From NCBI GenBank assembly GCA_963842525.1, contig CAWJGT010000007.1:82192-146191 (forward strand): a stretch of DNA of 64,000 nt. The letters are read 5' to 3'. Origin of the DNA: an uncultured Holophagales bacterium (GTDB lineage Bacteria; Acidobacteriota; Thermoanaerobaculia; Multivoradales; UBA5704). Under the pieces are notes generated by a model. That model was not told the origin of the DNA, did no database searches, and saw only the letters and a list, made by a program, of their open reading frames with translations. Positions 8,750 to 17,764 of this stretch are shown piece after piece; position 1 is the first letter of the stretch; every line of letters begins with the position of its first letter. Position numbers and translations under genes: made by a program.

Positions 8750-10222
8750 ATGCCGAAGATCCTGCCGCCGCTGTGCACCGCAGTCAACAATCTGCGCCAG
8801 ACCCTGGGCTGGACTGAGGCCGAGTTGGGGGAGAGGGTGGGCGTGCGCCCGAACGTGATCTCGGACTACGTGCGGGACCAGCGGGAGCTCGATCGGCGAA
8901 AGGCCGAGGAGTTGATCGCGGCCATGGGGCTAGGCCCAGAGACTCTCGACGAGGAGTTGCGCGTGATTGAAGCGGCCCGGCGGAAGGCGAGAACGCCCGT
9001 GTACCCGATGGCTCCCGCTGGCGCCGATGCGGAACGCGGGCGCCTCGAAACGTTCGTGCAGAGGCTTTCCTATCTCGTGACTGAGGCCGCACGGCCGGCC
9101 GCAGCTCTGTTCTCGGTAGAGCTGCGAGCCACTGTGGACGAACAGAATGCCTGGACGCAACTTCAGCGGCTTCGGCGCCTGCCCCAGGCCGACCGTTTGA
9201 AGCTGGTCCGCAAATCCCGGGAGTACCGCAATTGGGCTCTCTGCAAGGCGGCCTGCGCTGAGAGCCTGCGGGTTGCGCCGCGCAGCGCGCAGGAGGCGCT
9301 GGATTGGGCATCGCTGGCCGTCGACATCGCCGACCGGCTGCCTTGCGAAGAACTGTTCCGCCAGCGGATGCAGGGTCTCGCGCGTCTCCACCTGGCGAAT
9401 GCCCAACGGGTGGCCGGCCAGCAGAGGACGGCCAAAGACACCCTTGCCCAAGCCCTAGTGCTGTGGAAGAACGGTGCCCCGGCCGATCCGGGTCTGCTCG
9501 ACGAGGCCCAGGCGCTCAGCCTCGAAGCCTCTCTGCATATTGACCAGAGACGCCCCGCCGAGGCCCTGAATCGGCTCGACCGGGCTCTCGCGGTCGATCG
9601 CGGCGGCCTCAGGGCGCAACTCTTATCAAACCGGGCCTGCGCCTTGGAGCAACTCGGCGACTACGAGGGCGCCGTCGCGACCCTTCGCGAGGCGATCCCC
9701 CTGGTGGTGTCCACGGAACGGCGGATGCAGTGCGTCGTCCGCTTCAATCTCCTCGCGAACCTTTGTCACCTCCGGAGGTTCGACGAGGCGCCGCCGCTGC
9801 TGAACGAGGTCCGGGCTCTCGCCATTGAACTGGGCAACGATCTGGATCACCTGAGGACCCGCTGGCTCGCGGGGTGGGTGGAGGCCGGGCAAGGGCGAAG
9901 GGAGGAGGCGATTGCGATTCTGGAGAAGGTGCGGGACGACTTTACGGCTCGGAGGAATGCCTACGACACCGCCCTGGTGACCCTGGAGCTTGCCGCTCTG
10001 TATCAGGAGGAGGGCCGGATTGCCGAGGTCAAGGAGCTGGCCATTCGCCTTGCTTGGATCTTCAACGCCGAAGGAATCGAGCGGGAGGCCCTGGCGGCTC
10101 TGCGGCTCTTCTGCGAGGCAGCCCGGGAGGAGACGCTCACGGTAGCCCTGGTCCGCGAGCTTGCCGATTACCTCTACAAGGCGCAGCACGATCCTGAGCT
10201 GCACTTTGAGGGCGCGCGGTGA
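8750..10222 (+). CDS. HTH(XRE)-TPR regulator 1 (RRNPP-like architecture)
   Basis: LRQTLGWTEAELGERVGVRPNVISDY, then serial TPR helices; AGGAGG RBS upstream. Confidence 0.85.
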   Translation: MPKILPPLCTAVNNLRQTLGWTEAELGERVGVRPNVISDYVRDQRELDRRKAEELIAAMGLGPETLDEELRVIEAARRKARTPVYPMAPAGADAERGRLETFVQRLSYLVTEAARPAAALFSVELRATVDEQNAWTQLQRLRRLPQADRLKLVRKSREYRNWALCKAACAESLRVAPRSAQEALDWASLAVDIADRLPCEELFRQRMQGLARLHLANAQRVAGQQRTAKDTLAQALVLWKNGAPADPGLLDEAQALSLEASLHIDQRRPAEALNRLDRALAVDRGGLRAQLLSNRACALEQLGDYEGAVATLREAIPLVVSTERRMQCVVRFNLLANLCHLRRFDEAPPLLNEVRALAIELGNDLDHLRTRWLAGWVEAGQGRREEAIAILEKVRDDFTARRNAYDTALVTLELAALYQEEGRIAEVKELAIRLAWIFNAEGIEREALAALRLFCEAAREETLTVALVRELADYLYKAQHDPELHFEGAR

Positions 10223-10284
10223 ACCGGCGCTTGCCGGGCCGGGTCCGGCGGAGAACCCGTCCCGGCACCAGATCATGCTCTAGC

Positions 10285-10578
10285 CTAGCTGCCGGGGAGG
10301 CACTGCCCGTTTGGGTCGAGTCTGCAACCAGCATCTGCCTCACTCAACTCGGCCCCGCTGAGACTAAGGCATTGCCCGTTGGGGTCGAAGCGACAACTAG
10401 TCTCGCTCCAGAGAGCGGTCAGCAGACCCCAGAGGCTGGAGAAAAAGCCGGTGGTCGCCGGCTCCGGGGCGACTGGGGACGCGGAGCGGAATCGAGGCTC
10501 CCCGGCAACAGCCCAGGGTGCCGCCAGGGCGAGAATCAGGACGAAAGCTGCCAGGATTCGGAAGCAGGAATGCGACAT
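10285..10578 (-). CDS. Small secreted peptide precursor with two CRxDPNGQC repeats
   Basis: Signal peptide (RILAAFVLILALAAPWAVA), Trp-rich amphipathic helix, cores CRFDPNGQC and CRLDPNGQC; AAGGAGAG RBS. Confidence 0.8.
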   Translation of the reverse strand: MSHSCFRILAAFVLILALAAPWAVAGEPRFRSASPVAPEPATTGFFSSLWGLLTALWSETSCRFDPNGQCLSLSGAELSEADAGCRLDPNGQCLPGS

Positions 10579-10658
10579 GAGGCTCTCCTTTCATCAAGGC
10601 GGCCTGCGCCGGCTTTCGTGACGGCGCAAGCGCCTCTCTCTGGAGATATGGTGCGCGC

Positions 10659-12197
10659 ATGCGGGGAAAACACCACCGTAGGAAGCAAACCTGTTTGACG
10701 GCCGGCGGAGAAACCGGGCTCCTGGAGAGGATAGCCTGGGCGATGACGATCCGCGACCTCCGCGAGTTGGGCGGTCTGACCCAGGTTGAGCTGGCGGAGA
10801 GGTCCGGCGTTGCCAACAGTCTGCTCTGCCGGTACGAGCAGGGGCAACAGATCCCTTCCCTGCGCAATGTGCAGCGCATCGGCAACGCGGTGAGCGTACC
10901 CCTGCCGGTGATCGAGAATGATCTCCATCCCGCGCACCGCCGGGCGGTTGCCGCGCAGTGGCGCGGCGAGGTCGTGGCCGGGGATCCGGATGCCCTGGTG
11001 GAGGCGGTGCTCGATTCTCTGGCGGCGGTCCTCCGGCCCGAGGTGCGTCGCCTTGTTGACGTTCTGCGGGAGCACGCCGCCGGCTCCTGGGGCGTGAACA
11101 GGCCCCCCAGGGCGGCAGACCGCGCGGGCGCAGAAGAGCTCTGGGCCGAGCTTGAGGCCGCCTCGCCGACGGACCGCCGGCTGCTCCTGGACGAGGCCCG
11201 GGAGTTTCGGACCTGGCCGGTCTGCGAGCTGGCATGCGTCGCAAGCCGGAAGGCAGCGTCGGACAGCGCAGAACGGGCCCTTGAGCTAGCGGAGCTGGCG
11301 GTGGAGATCGCTGGCCGCCTGCCGGGACTGGATCTGTTCCGCCAGCGAATGCAAGGCCTCGCGCGTCTCCACCTAGCGAACGCCCAGCGGGTGGCCGGCC
11401 AGCAGAGGACGGCCAGGGACACCCTTGCGCAGGCCCTGGTGCTGTGGAAGAACGGCGCCCCGGCCGACCCTGGCTTGCTCGACGAGGCCCAGGCCTTCAG
11501 CCTGGAAGCCTCTCTGTACATTGACCAGAGGCGCCCCGCCGAGGCCCTGGATCGGCTCGACCGGGCTCTCGCGGTCGATCGGGGCGGCCTCAGGGCGCAA
11601 CTCTTATCAAACCGGGCCTGCGCCTTGGAGCAGCTCGGCGACTACGAGGGCGCCGTCGCGACCCTCCGCGAGGCGCTCCCCCTGGTGGCGTCTACGGACC
11701 GGCGGATGCAGTGCGTCGTCCGGTTCAATCTCCTCGGGAACCTTTGCCACCTCCGAAAGTTCGACGAGGCGCCGCCGCTGCTGGACGAGGTGCAGGCTCT
11801 CGGCGACGAGTTGGACAAAGACCTGGATCGCCTGAGGACCCGCTGGCTGACAGGGTGGGTGGCGGCCGGGCAGGGGCGGAGGAATGAGGCGATTGCGATT
11901 CTGGAGGAGGTGCGGGACGACTTTACGGCCCGGAAGATCGCCTACGACACTGCCCTGGTAACGTTGGAGCTGGCTGTCCTCTACCAGGAGGAGGGCAGGA
12001 CTGCCGAAGTCACGGAGCTGGCCGTCCTTCTTGCCTGGGTCTTCAACGTCGAAGGAGTGGAGCGGGAAACCCTGGCAGCCCTGCGGCTCTTCTGTGAGGC
12101 GGCACGGGAGGAGACGCTCACCGCCGCGCTGACCCGGCAGATCGCCGACTTTATTTTCCGGGCGCAGCATGATCCCGAGCTGAAGTTCGAACGCTGA
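10659..12197 (+). CDS. HTH(XRE)-TPR regulator 2 (start may be ~10695-10743)
   Basis: IRDLRELGGLTQVELAERSGVANSLLCRYEQGQQIPS; TPR region near-identical to regulator 1. Confidence 0.85.
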   Translation: MRGKHHRRKQTCLTAGGETGLLERIAWAMTIRDLRELGGLTQVELAERSGVANSLLCRYEQGQQIPSLRNVQRIGNAVSVPLPVIENDLHPAHRRAVAAQWRGEVVAGDPDALVEAVLDSLAAVLRPEVRRLVDVLREHAAGSWGVNRPPRAADRAGAEELWAELEAASPTDRRLLLDEAREFRTWPVCELACVASRKAASDSAERALELAELAVEIAGRLPGLDLFRQRMQGLARLHLANAQRVAGQQRTARDTLAQALVLWKNGAPADPGLLDEAQAFSLEASLYIDQRRPAEALDRLDRALAVDRGGLRAQLLSNRACALEQLGDYEGAVATLREALPLVASTDRRMQCVVRFNLLGNLCHLRKFDEAPPLLDEVQALGDELDKDLDRLRTRWLTGWVAAGQGRRNEAIAILEEVRDDFTARKIAYDTALVTLELAVLYQEEGRTAEVTELAVLLAWVFNVEGVERETLAALRLFCEAAREETLTAALTRQIADFIFRAQHDPELKFER

Positions 12198-12206
12198 GGG
12201 GTTACG

Positions 12207-12506
12207 ACTTTCACATGCGAAAGTTGTTCGGCGTACGACCCTGTTCGGAGGAGAGACTGTTTGAGCCCATTCCTATCTTGAGTGCTGTCCCCATTGCTCT
12301 TCCGTAAACTTGGGCTCAAAATCGTGAGTTGGCCGTGAGAGTCCCTTCGGAGAAGCCCTTCGGAGGAGCGGAGGAGCCCTTCGGAGGAGCAAGATATGTT
12401 TTCGACGCGCCCGAAAACCGGGCGCAGTCTCAAACGGGCTCACATTGTTCGCCCGAGACTCAAGCATCTGTGTGCCGCGAAATGTGGAACTTTTGCATGC
12501 GAAAGT
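12207..12506. promoter_or_regulatory. Two copies of an 18-bp palindrome ACTTT(CA/TG)CATGCGAAAGT plus a 21-bp tandem duplication
   Basis: Palindromes at 12207-12224 and 12489-12506; GGAG(A/G)AGCCCTTCGGAGGAGC twice at ~12349-12390. Confidence 0.45.
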
Positions 12507-12524
12507 TTCCCTGCTTCCTTGGAG

Positions 12525-14182
12525 GTATCTGTTTACCGCCCTAGTGCCGCCTTCCCCGAGCGGTGGCACGTCCGCAAGGGCTTGAAGTTCTCTTCTCGGC
12601 ATGGTCTAATGTCTTTCAGGCATGCCGACTTACGAGGAACTCCTTCAAGAGAACTCTGAGCTTCGCCAAGACAACGGTGAGCTTCGCCAGCGGGTGGAGG
12701 AGCAGGAGCGCCAGATTGCGCACCTGAAGCGCCGAATCGTCGATCTGGAGAAACTTGTCGAGGAGCTACGGCGCCGGGGCAAACGCCAGGCTGCCCCCTT
12801 CTCGAAGGGAGATCCGAGCGAGGATCCCAAGTCTCCAGGGCGCAAAGCCGGGGATCAATATGGTCAGCAAGCGACTCGAGCTGTGCCCGATCACGTCGAC
12901 GAAACCATCGTGGTGGAGTGCCCGCTGTATTGTGAGCACTGTGGGGGTCAGGTCATTCCGCAGGGCGAAGCTCGCCAGTATCAGACCGATCTGCCGCCGA
13001 TTCGGCCGGTGACGACGGAGTTCATCCTCCATTATGGGAAGTGCTCGGCATGTGGCCGGGAAGCTGTGGGGCGTCACCCGCGCCAGACTTCCCAGGCGTT
13101 CCGGGTCGGCAACGTGCAACTCGGTCCAAACGTGTTGGGGCTCGCCGCCTGGCTCAACAAGGTCGGAGGCTTGAGCTACGGCAAGATCGCCGCGTTGCTG
13201 AAGGAGCTGGCTGGACTGTCTGTGTCGCGCTCGGCCCTGTGCCGCGCGCTGCTTCGCATGAGTAAGAAGCTGGAGCCCTTGTACGAGGAGCTGAAGGCGA
13301 AGATCCGGAGCCTCTCCTGTGGTGTACCCGGACGAGACGGGCTGGCGGGAGGGGGGCTATAGCGTGTGGTTGTGGGTGTTCACCAATCGCAGCGAGACGG
13401 TCTACAGCATCCAGCCGGGTCGTGGCTATGCCGAGGCCTCTGAGGTCCTGGGGGAGGGCTTTGTCGGCGTGCTGGTGGCTGATGGTTGGGCTCCCTATCA
13501 GAAATTTGAAGAAGCGACTCATCAGACCTGTCTGGCGCATCTGTTGCGCCGTTGCGAGGAGCTGCTGGAGAAGGCGACAGGGGGTGCGGTGCGCTTTCCT
13601 CGGGCGGTGAAAGAGATCCTGCAGGCCGCCTTGGAGGCGCGAGATCAGCGGGACGCGGGCAAGCTCAGCGGCGAGGCGCTGGAGAAGGTCAAGCAGGACT
13701 TGGAGCTCCAGATGGAAAGGCGTCTGTCGGGGCAGTTCACGAACCCCGACAACCAGCGTCTGGCTCAGCATTTGATACGTCACCAGGAGCAGCTGTTTGT
13801 CTTCCTGGAACGCACGGATGTGGAGGCGACCAATTGGCCGGCCGAACAAGGGATTCGCCCGGCGGTCATCAACCGCAAGACATCTGGGGGAAATCGGACG
13901 GCCGAGGGGTCCCAGGCGCAAGCGGTCTTGATGAGTGCCCTGCGCACATTTCAGCAACACCAAGTCGGGACACTCGAGATCTTGCCCCAGCTTCTGCGCA
14001 GCCCCCAGCTACCGAAGCTTGAGGCAATACTTCCTGCGTCACAGCCACCGTAACAGTTCTCGCCACGAGTTATCCGTGGCTCCAGGTCGGTAGCCGCTCG
14101 CCCTCGTCAGGTCGCCTGGCCAGCGCGGACGTGTGTCCAGGGAAAACCTTCCCCAAAAGTGCCGCTGACGGTAAACAGATAC
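12525..14182 (+). mobile_element. IS66-family element (single-transposase type); no target duplication visible
   Basis: 14-bp TIRs GTATCTGTTTACCG (12525-12538) and CGGTAAACAGATAC (14169-14182). Confidence 0.9.
12622..14053 (+). CDS. IS66 transposase, split by a 1-bp indel near 13310
   Basis: Coiled coil, CxxC zinc finger, DETGW, LVADGWAPY, HQTCLAHLLR, TNWPAEQGIRPAVINRK. Confidence 0.9.
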
Positions 14183-14410
14183 GACCTGTCTAAGGCTGGT
14201 GGCCGCACATTCAAGGCGAGCTTCGCCCGGCTTCCGACGGTTGACCACGTCGGCGACGGTCTAGGTGAAGCTGACTTCCGGATCTGCGGCTGGGCAGTCA
14301 ACGACGCGAAGAACGACTTAAGTCTTGAGGCCTTTGTCGAGCTCTGCGGGAAGGTTCTTCAGCATCTGCGACGTGATGCCTGGCCCTCAGTCGCTGCACA
14401 GGACATCTGA
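14183..14410 (+). pseudogene. C-terminal fragment of an HNH-like protein truncated by IS66
   Basis: LPTVDHV...RICGWAVNDAKND. Confidence 0.5.
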
Positions 14411-14584
14411 CGCCGCCTCCAGAAGTACGTGGCTACAGATTTCCGGAGGCTTCGTGGGTCCGTCGCCGCGGGCGGTACGCCCCGCCACCCCTAGAAAGAG
14501 ACTCTTCGGAATTTCCAATCGCTGTAGCGTTTCACTCTTTGCGGACCTAGAGCTTGTCACGGCGCCTCTTCGGAAGCCGTTCAG

Positions 14585-14809
14585 TCAGACCTCTGCGAAA
14601 TGCTCTGCCGTAGCGCGTGGAGCCGCCGATAACGGGATGGAGTGATCAAAGTAACGAGCCTTCCTCCATGCTCCACGGCCAGCGCGAGAAGGGCTCGCAT
14701 CAGCCGAGATCGTCTTCGCGGAGCTTGTCGATCAGCTCGTTGGAAACAGGCCTCCCGCGAGGAGGCAGCGGCTCGAAGCCAAAGAAGCGCTCCGGTTCCT
14801 TGGCCTCAG
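14585..14809 (-). pseudogene. Collapsed vapBC remnant: antitoxin C-terminus plus an internally deleted PIN toxin
   Basis: FFGFEPLPPRGRPVSNELIDKLRE* overlaps an ATG; MRALL is joined directly to ALAVEHGGRLVT..DHSIPLSA. Confidence 0.6.
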
Positions 14810-14925
14810 GGATCCCCTGCCGCAGTTGCTGCGGCACGGACAGGTCCGCGTGCGCGACCAGCGACGCCGCGTAGTCCTCCAACCAGACGAGGCGCCGGGA
14901 GCCGTCCATCCAGATGCCGCGCAGG
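14810..14925 (-). repeat. 116-bp diverged copy of the ABC-gene segment 16693-16808
   Basis: MDGSRRLVWLEDYAASLVAHAD versus MDGSRRLAWLEDYAASLVAHAD. Confidence 0.85.
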
Positions 14926-14992
14926 TTCCAACGTCACATGTCCGGAGCTTATTCTGGATATTGCGCGATGCAGTCCGTCGACTCCGAGAAGC

Positions 14993-15262
14993 TCAAAATT
15001 GCCGTCGCGGAAGCTCGCGTGCCGGATCGAGGCCGAGGGCCACGTGCCAATAAGCCCAGGAGCGGGGATCGAAAAGGCCTGGCGGCGGATCGGCCAGCAC
15101 CTTGCGCAGCGCGTCGTCCTCGAAGTGGCGGCGCGTCACGACAACGTCCTCTGCAGTGCCGTAGACCATGACCTGAGCCAGAAAGCGCTGAGGATCCGCC
15201 AGAGCTTCCTGCGGCGTCTTCCACCAGACGAGGCGGGCCGCGATGGGTTCCAGGTCCGTCAT
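14993..15262 (-). CDS. Small partner (antitoxin-like) of the AbiEii-type nucleotidyltransferase
   Basis: ARLVWWKTPQEALADPQRFLAQVMVYGT; ATGA overlap with the upstream gene. Confidence 0.7.
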   Translation of the reverse strand: MTDLEPIAARLVWWKTPQEALADPQRFLAQVMVYGTAEDVVVTRRHFEDDALRKVLADPPPGLFDPRSWAYWHVALGLDPARELPRRQF

Positions 15263-15918
15263 GGCAGCAGCCCTCCGGGCAACGGAGCGATCTCGGGAAT
15301 CCGGCTGAGATCGACCGCCTGAACCGCCGCCAGCAGATGGGACTGGACAGCCGCGGGCAGAGAGGCAAGATCGCCATCCGCAAAGTAGCTCAAGGCTTTC
15401 AGACTGAGGAGAGGGTTGAAACGCGAGCCGAACACGGCCCGCGCCGCGCCAAGGGCCCGGCTGAGGTCAATCCCCTCTTCCAAGAGGCGGCTGACGTCGA
15501 CATAATCCTTCGCCTCAGCCCGGTCCTGGACAACTCTGACCTTGGTCGCCGCCAGATCGAGGAGGGAAGCGACGGATATTCCAGCACCTTCCGCCAGATC
15601 TGGATCGACCACGCGGCGGAGGCTCAACCCACCGAAGAAAGAGACTTTCACCGGTCCGTCCCGATCGACCGAAGAGACGAGGGTGTTCGGAGAGGACTGA
15701 AGACGGACGCCGTCCCGCAGAAGCGGGATACGCCTTTCGAGATCGTCCGGACGGAATTCCTCGTTCGAGAAGAAGTCGAAATCCTCGGAGACTCTGTGGC
15801 CCAGCCGAAGGGCCAATGCGGTTCCACCGTAGAGGACGAAGCCCGCTGGCACGGTGGAAAGCTCGGGCCAGAGCCGCCGCTGGGCCGGGGGGAGCTTTTC
15901 GAGGTCAGGTTTCAACAT
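15259..15918 (-). CDS. Nucleotidyltransferase, AbiEii/AbiGii toxin family
   Basis: FVLYGGTALALRLGHRVSEDFDFF, DRAEAKDYVD. Confidence 0.85.
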   Translation of the reverse strand: MLKPDLEKLPPAQRRLWPELSTVPAGFVLYGGTALALRLGHRVSEDFDFFSNEEFRPDDLERRIPLLRDGVRLQSSPNTLVSSVDRDGPVKVSFFGGLSLRRVVDPDLAEGAGISVASLLDLAATKVRVVQDRAEAKDYVDVSRLLEEGIDLSRALGAARAVFGSRFNPLLSLKALSYFADGDLASLPAAVQSHLLAAVQAVDLSRIPEIAPLPGGLLP

Positions 15919-15927
15919 CGCGAGGCC

Positions 15928-17764
15928 TCACCTGTACGCCGCCGCCTGAATGCCATATAGCTCGGAATACTGCCCGCCGTTCGCCAAGAGATCCTCATGC
16001 GTGCCGACCTCAACGACGTGTGCGCCGTCGAGGACGACGATGAGATCGGCCATGCGGACCGTGCTGAACCGGTGCGAGACGAGGACTGTGATGCGCCCGT
16101 CGGCAGCAGTGACATCCCGATGGGCTGCGGCGGCGTAGCGCTCGAAGAGGGCGTGCTCGGTCTCGGCGTCGAGGGCGGCCGTCGGCTCGTCGAGCACGAG
16201 GAGCAGCGGGTGATCGCGCATGAAGCCTCGCGCCAGCGCGAGCTTCTGCCACTGGCCGAAGGACACGTCGACGCCGCCGGGCCAGGTCGGGCCGAGCTGC
16301 GTGTCGAGCCCGGCCGGCCACCGCGCGACGACGTCGTCCGCTCCGGCACGCTCGACGGCGCGGATCACGGCGGGCTCCTCGTCGAGCCGGGGGACGTCCC
16401 CGACGCCGATCGACTGGCGCGCGGGGAAGCTCGAAGCGGAAAAAATCCTGGAAAGCTCCGGCGAGGCGCTCGCGCCATGCGTCCGCCCGCATGCGCGCCA
16501 GCGGCTGTCCGTCCACATGGATCGCGCCCGACGTGGGCTCGTAGAGCTTGGCGAGCAGCTTGACGAGCGTGGTCTTGCCGGCGCCGTTTTCCCCGACGAT
16601 GGCGACGACGGTGTCCGCGGGCAGCTCGAGCGTCACATCCTCCAGCACGAGGCGTTCGGTGCCGGGGTAGGCGAAAGAAACGTGATCGAAATGGATCCCC
16701 TGCCGCAGTTGCAGCGGCACGGGCACGTCCGCGTGGGCGACCAAGGATGCCGCGTAATCCTCCAGCCAGGCGAGGCGCCGGGAACCGTCCATCCAGATGC
16801 CCCGCAGGAAGCCGATTTCCCCGACCGTGGCGCCGATGTATGCGGACAGGCGCGCGCCGGCCGCGAGGACGAGCAGCACGTCGCCCGCGGAGGCTCGGAG
16901 CCCTGCTGAGACAAAGACGACCGCGCCGGCCCAGGCGCCGCCGAACACGGCCCAGGCGAGCGTATGCCACGCGGCCGAGCCCCAGCGGGCGCCGGCAATG
17001 GGCCCATACCAGCGCTCCCAGGCCTCGCGGCGCCCGTTGGCAAGGCGCCCGCCGATGCCCCCCCTTCCGATCACGCGCACTTCCTTGCCGGGCGCAGCGG
17101 TGGTGGCCAGGGTGAAGAGATGTCGCGCGAGCCGGCCTGCCTGGGCCCCGCGCTCGTAGGCGATGCGCTCGACCGCGGGCCGCCATGTGGCGGTGAGGAC
17201 GGTGGGCAGCGCGAAGACGGCGAGCAACACGAGCGCCGGGTGGATCGAGACGAGCAGGGCGATTGTCACGCCGAGCCGCAGCAGCCATCCGCAGGTGGAA
17301 AAAACCGACATATACATGTGATCGAGCACAAACACCTGATCGCGCAGCACGGAGAGCCGGTCGAGAACGTCGGGGCGCTCGTGGTGGGCGATGGTGGTCA
17401 CCGACGCTTGCAGCCGGGCCACATGGGCTTCGAGCGCGATCGTGACCTTGTCGCGGAAGCGGCGCTGCACGCGGGTACTGACCGTGCGCAGCAGCCAGGT
17501 GGCCGCGGCGGAGACGCCGAGCGCAATCGCGGCGATGCGGATGATCCGTCCATCGTGACCGAGCAAACCCTTGCCGAGCAGCGCGAGCCACCAGGCGATC
17601 AACGCGTCCGGCAATGCCGCCAGCAATGACAGGACGAAGGCCGCGAGCATGAGGCCGGGCTCGTGGCGATATCCGAGCTTGCACAGCCGCCACATGGACG
17701 GCAGCGCAGGCGGAAGGCCGTCCCCCCGCCGCCAACTGCGAGAGCTGTCAGGAGAGGACGTCAT
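15928..17764 (-). CDS. ABC transporter permease/ATP-binding protein, indel near 16430
   Basis: GENGAGKTT; SFGQWQKLALAR, LLVLDEPT and SHRFST in the second frame. Confidence 0.85.

Noticed and set aside
10285-10578. Enzymatically modified RiPP cluster
   Set aside because: No modifying enzyme is adjacent, and the precursor has a Sec-type signal peptide. The ABC pair and TldD/PmbA are distant with no evidence of linkage.
13290-13330. Programmed frameshift in the IS66 transposase
   Set aside because: No slippery A-run; removing one base restores KIRASPVVYPDETGW.
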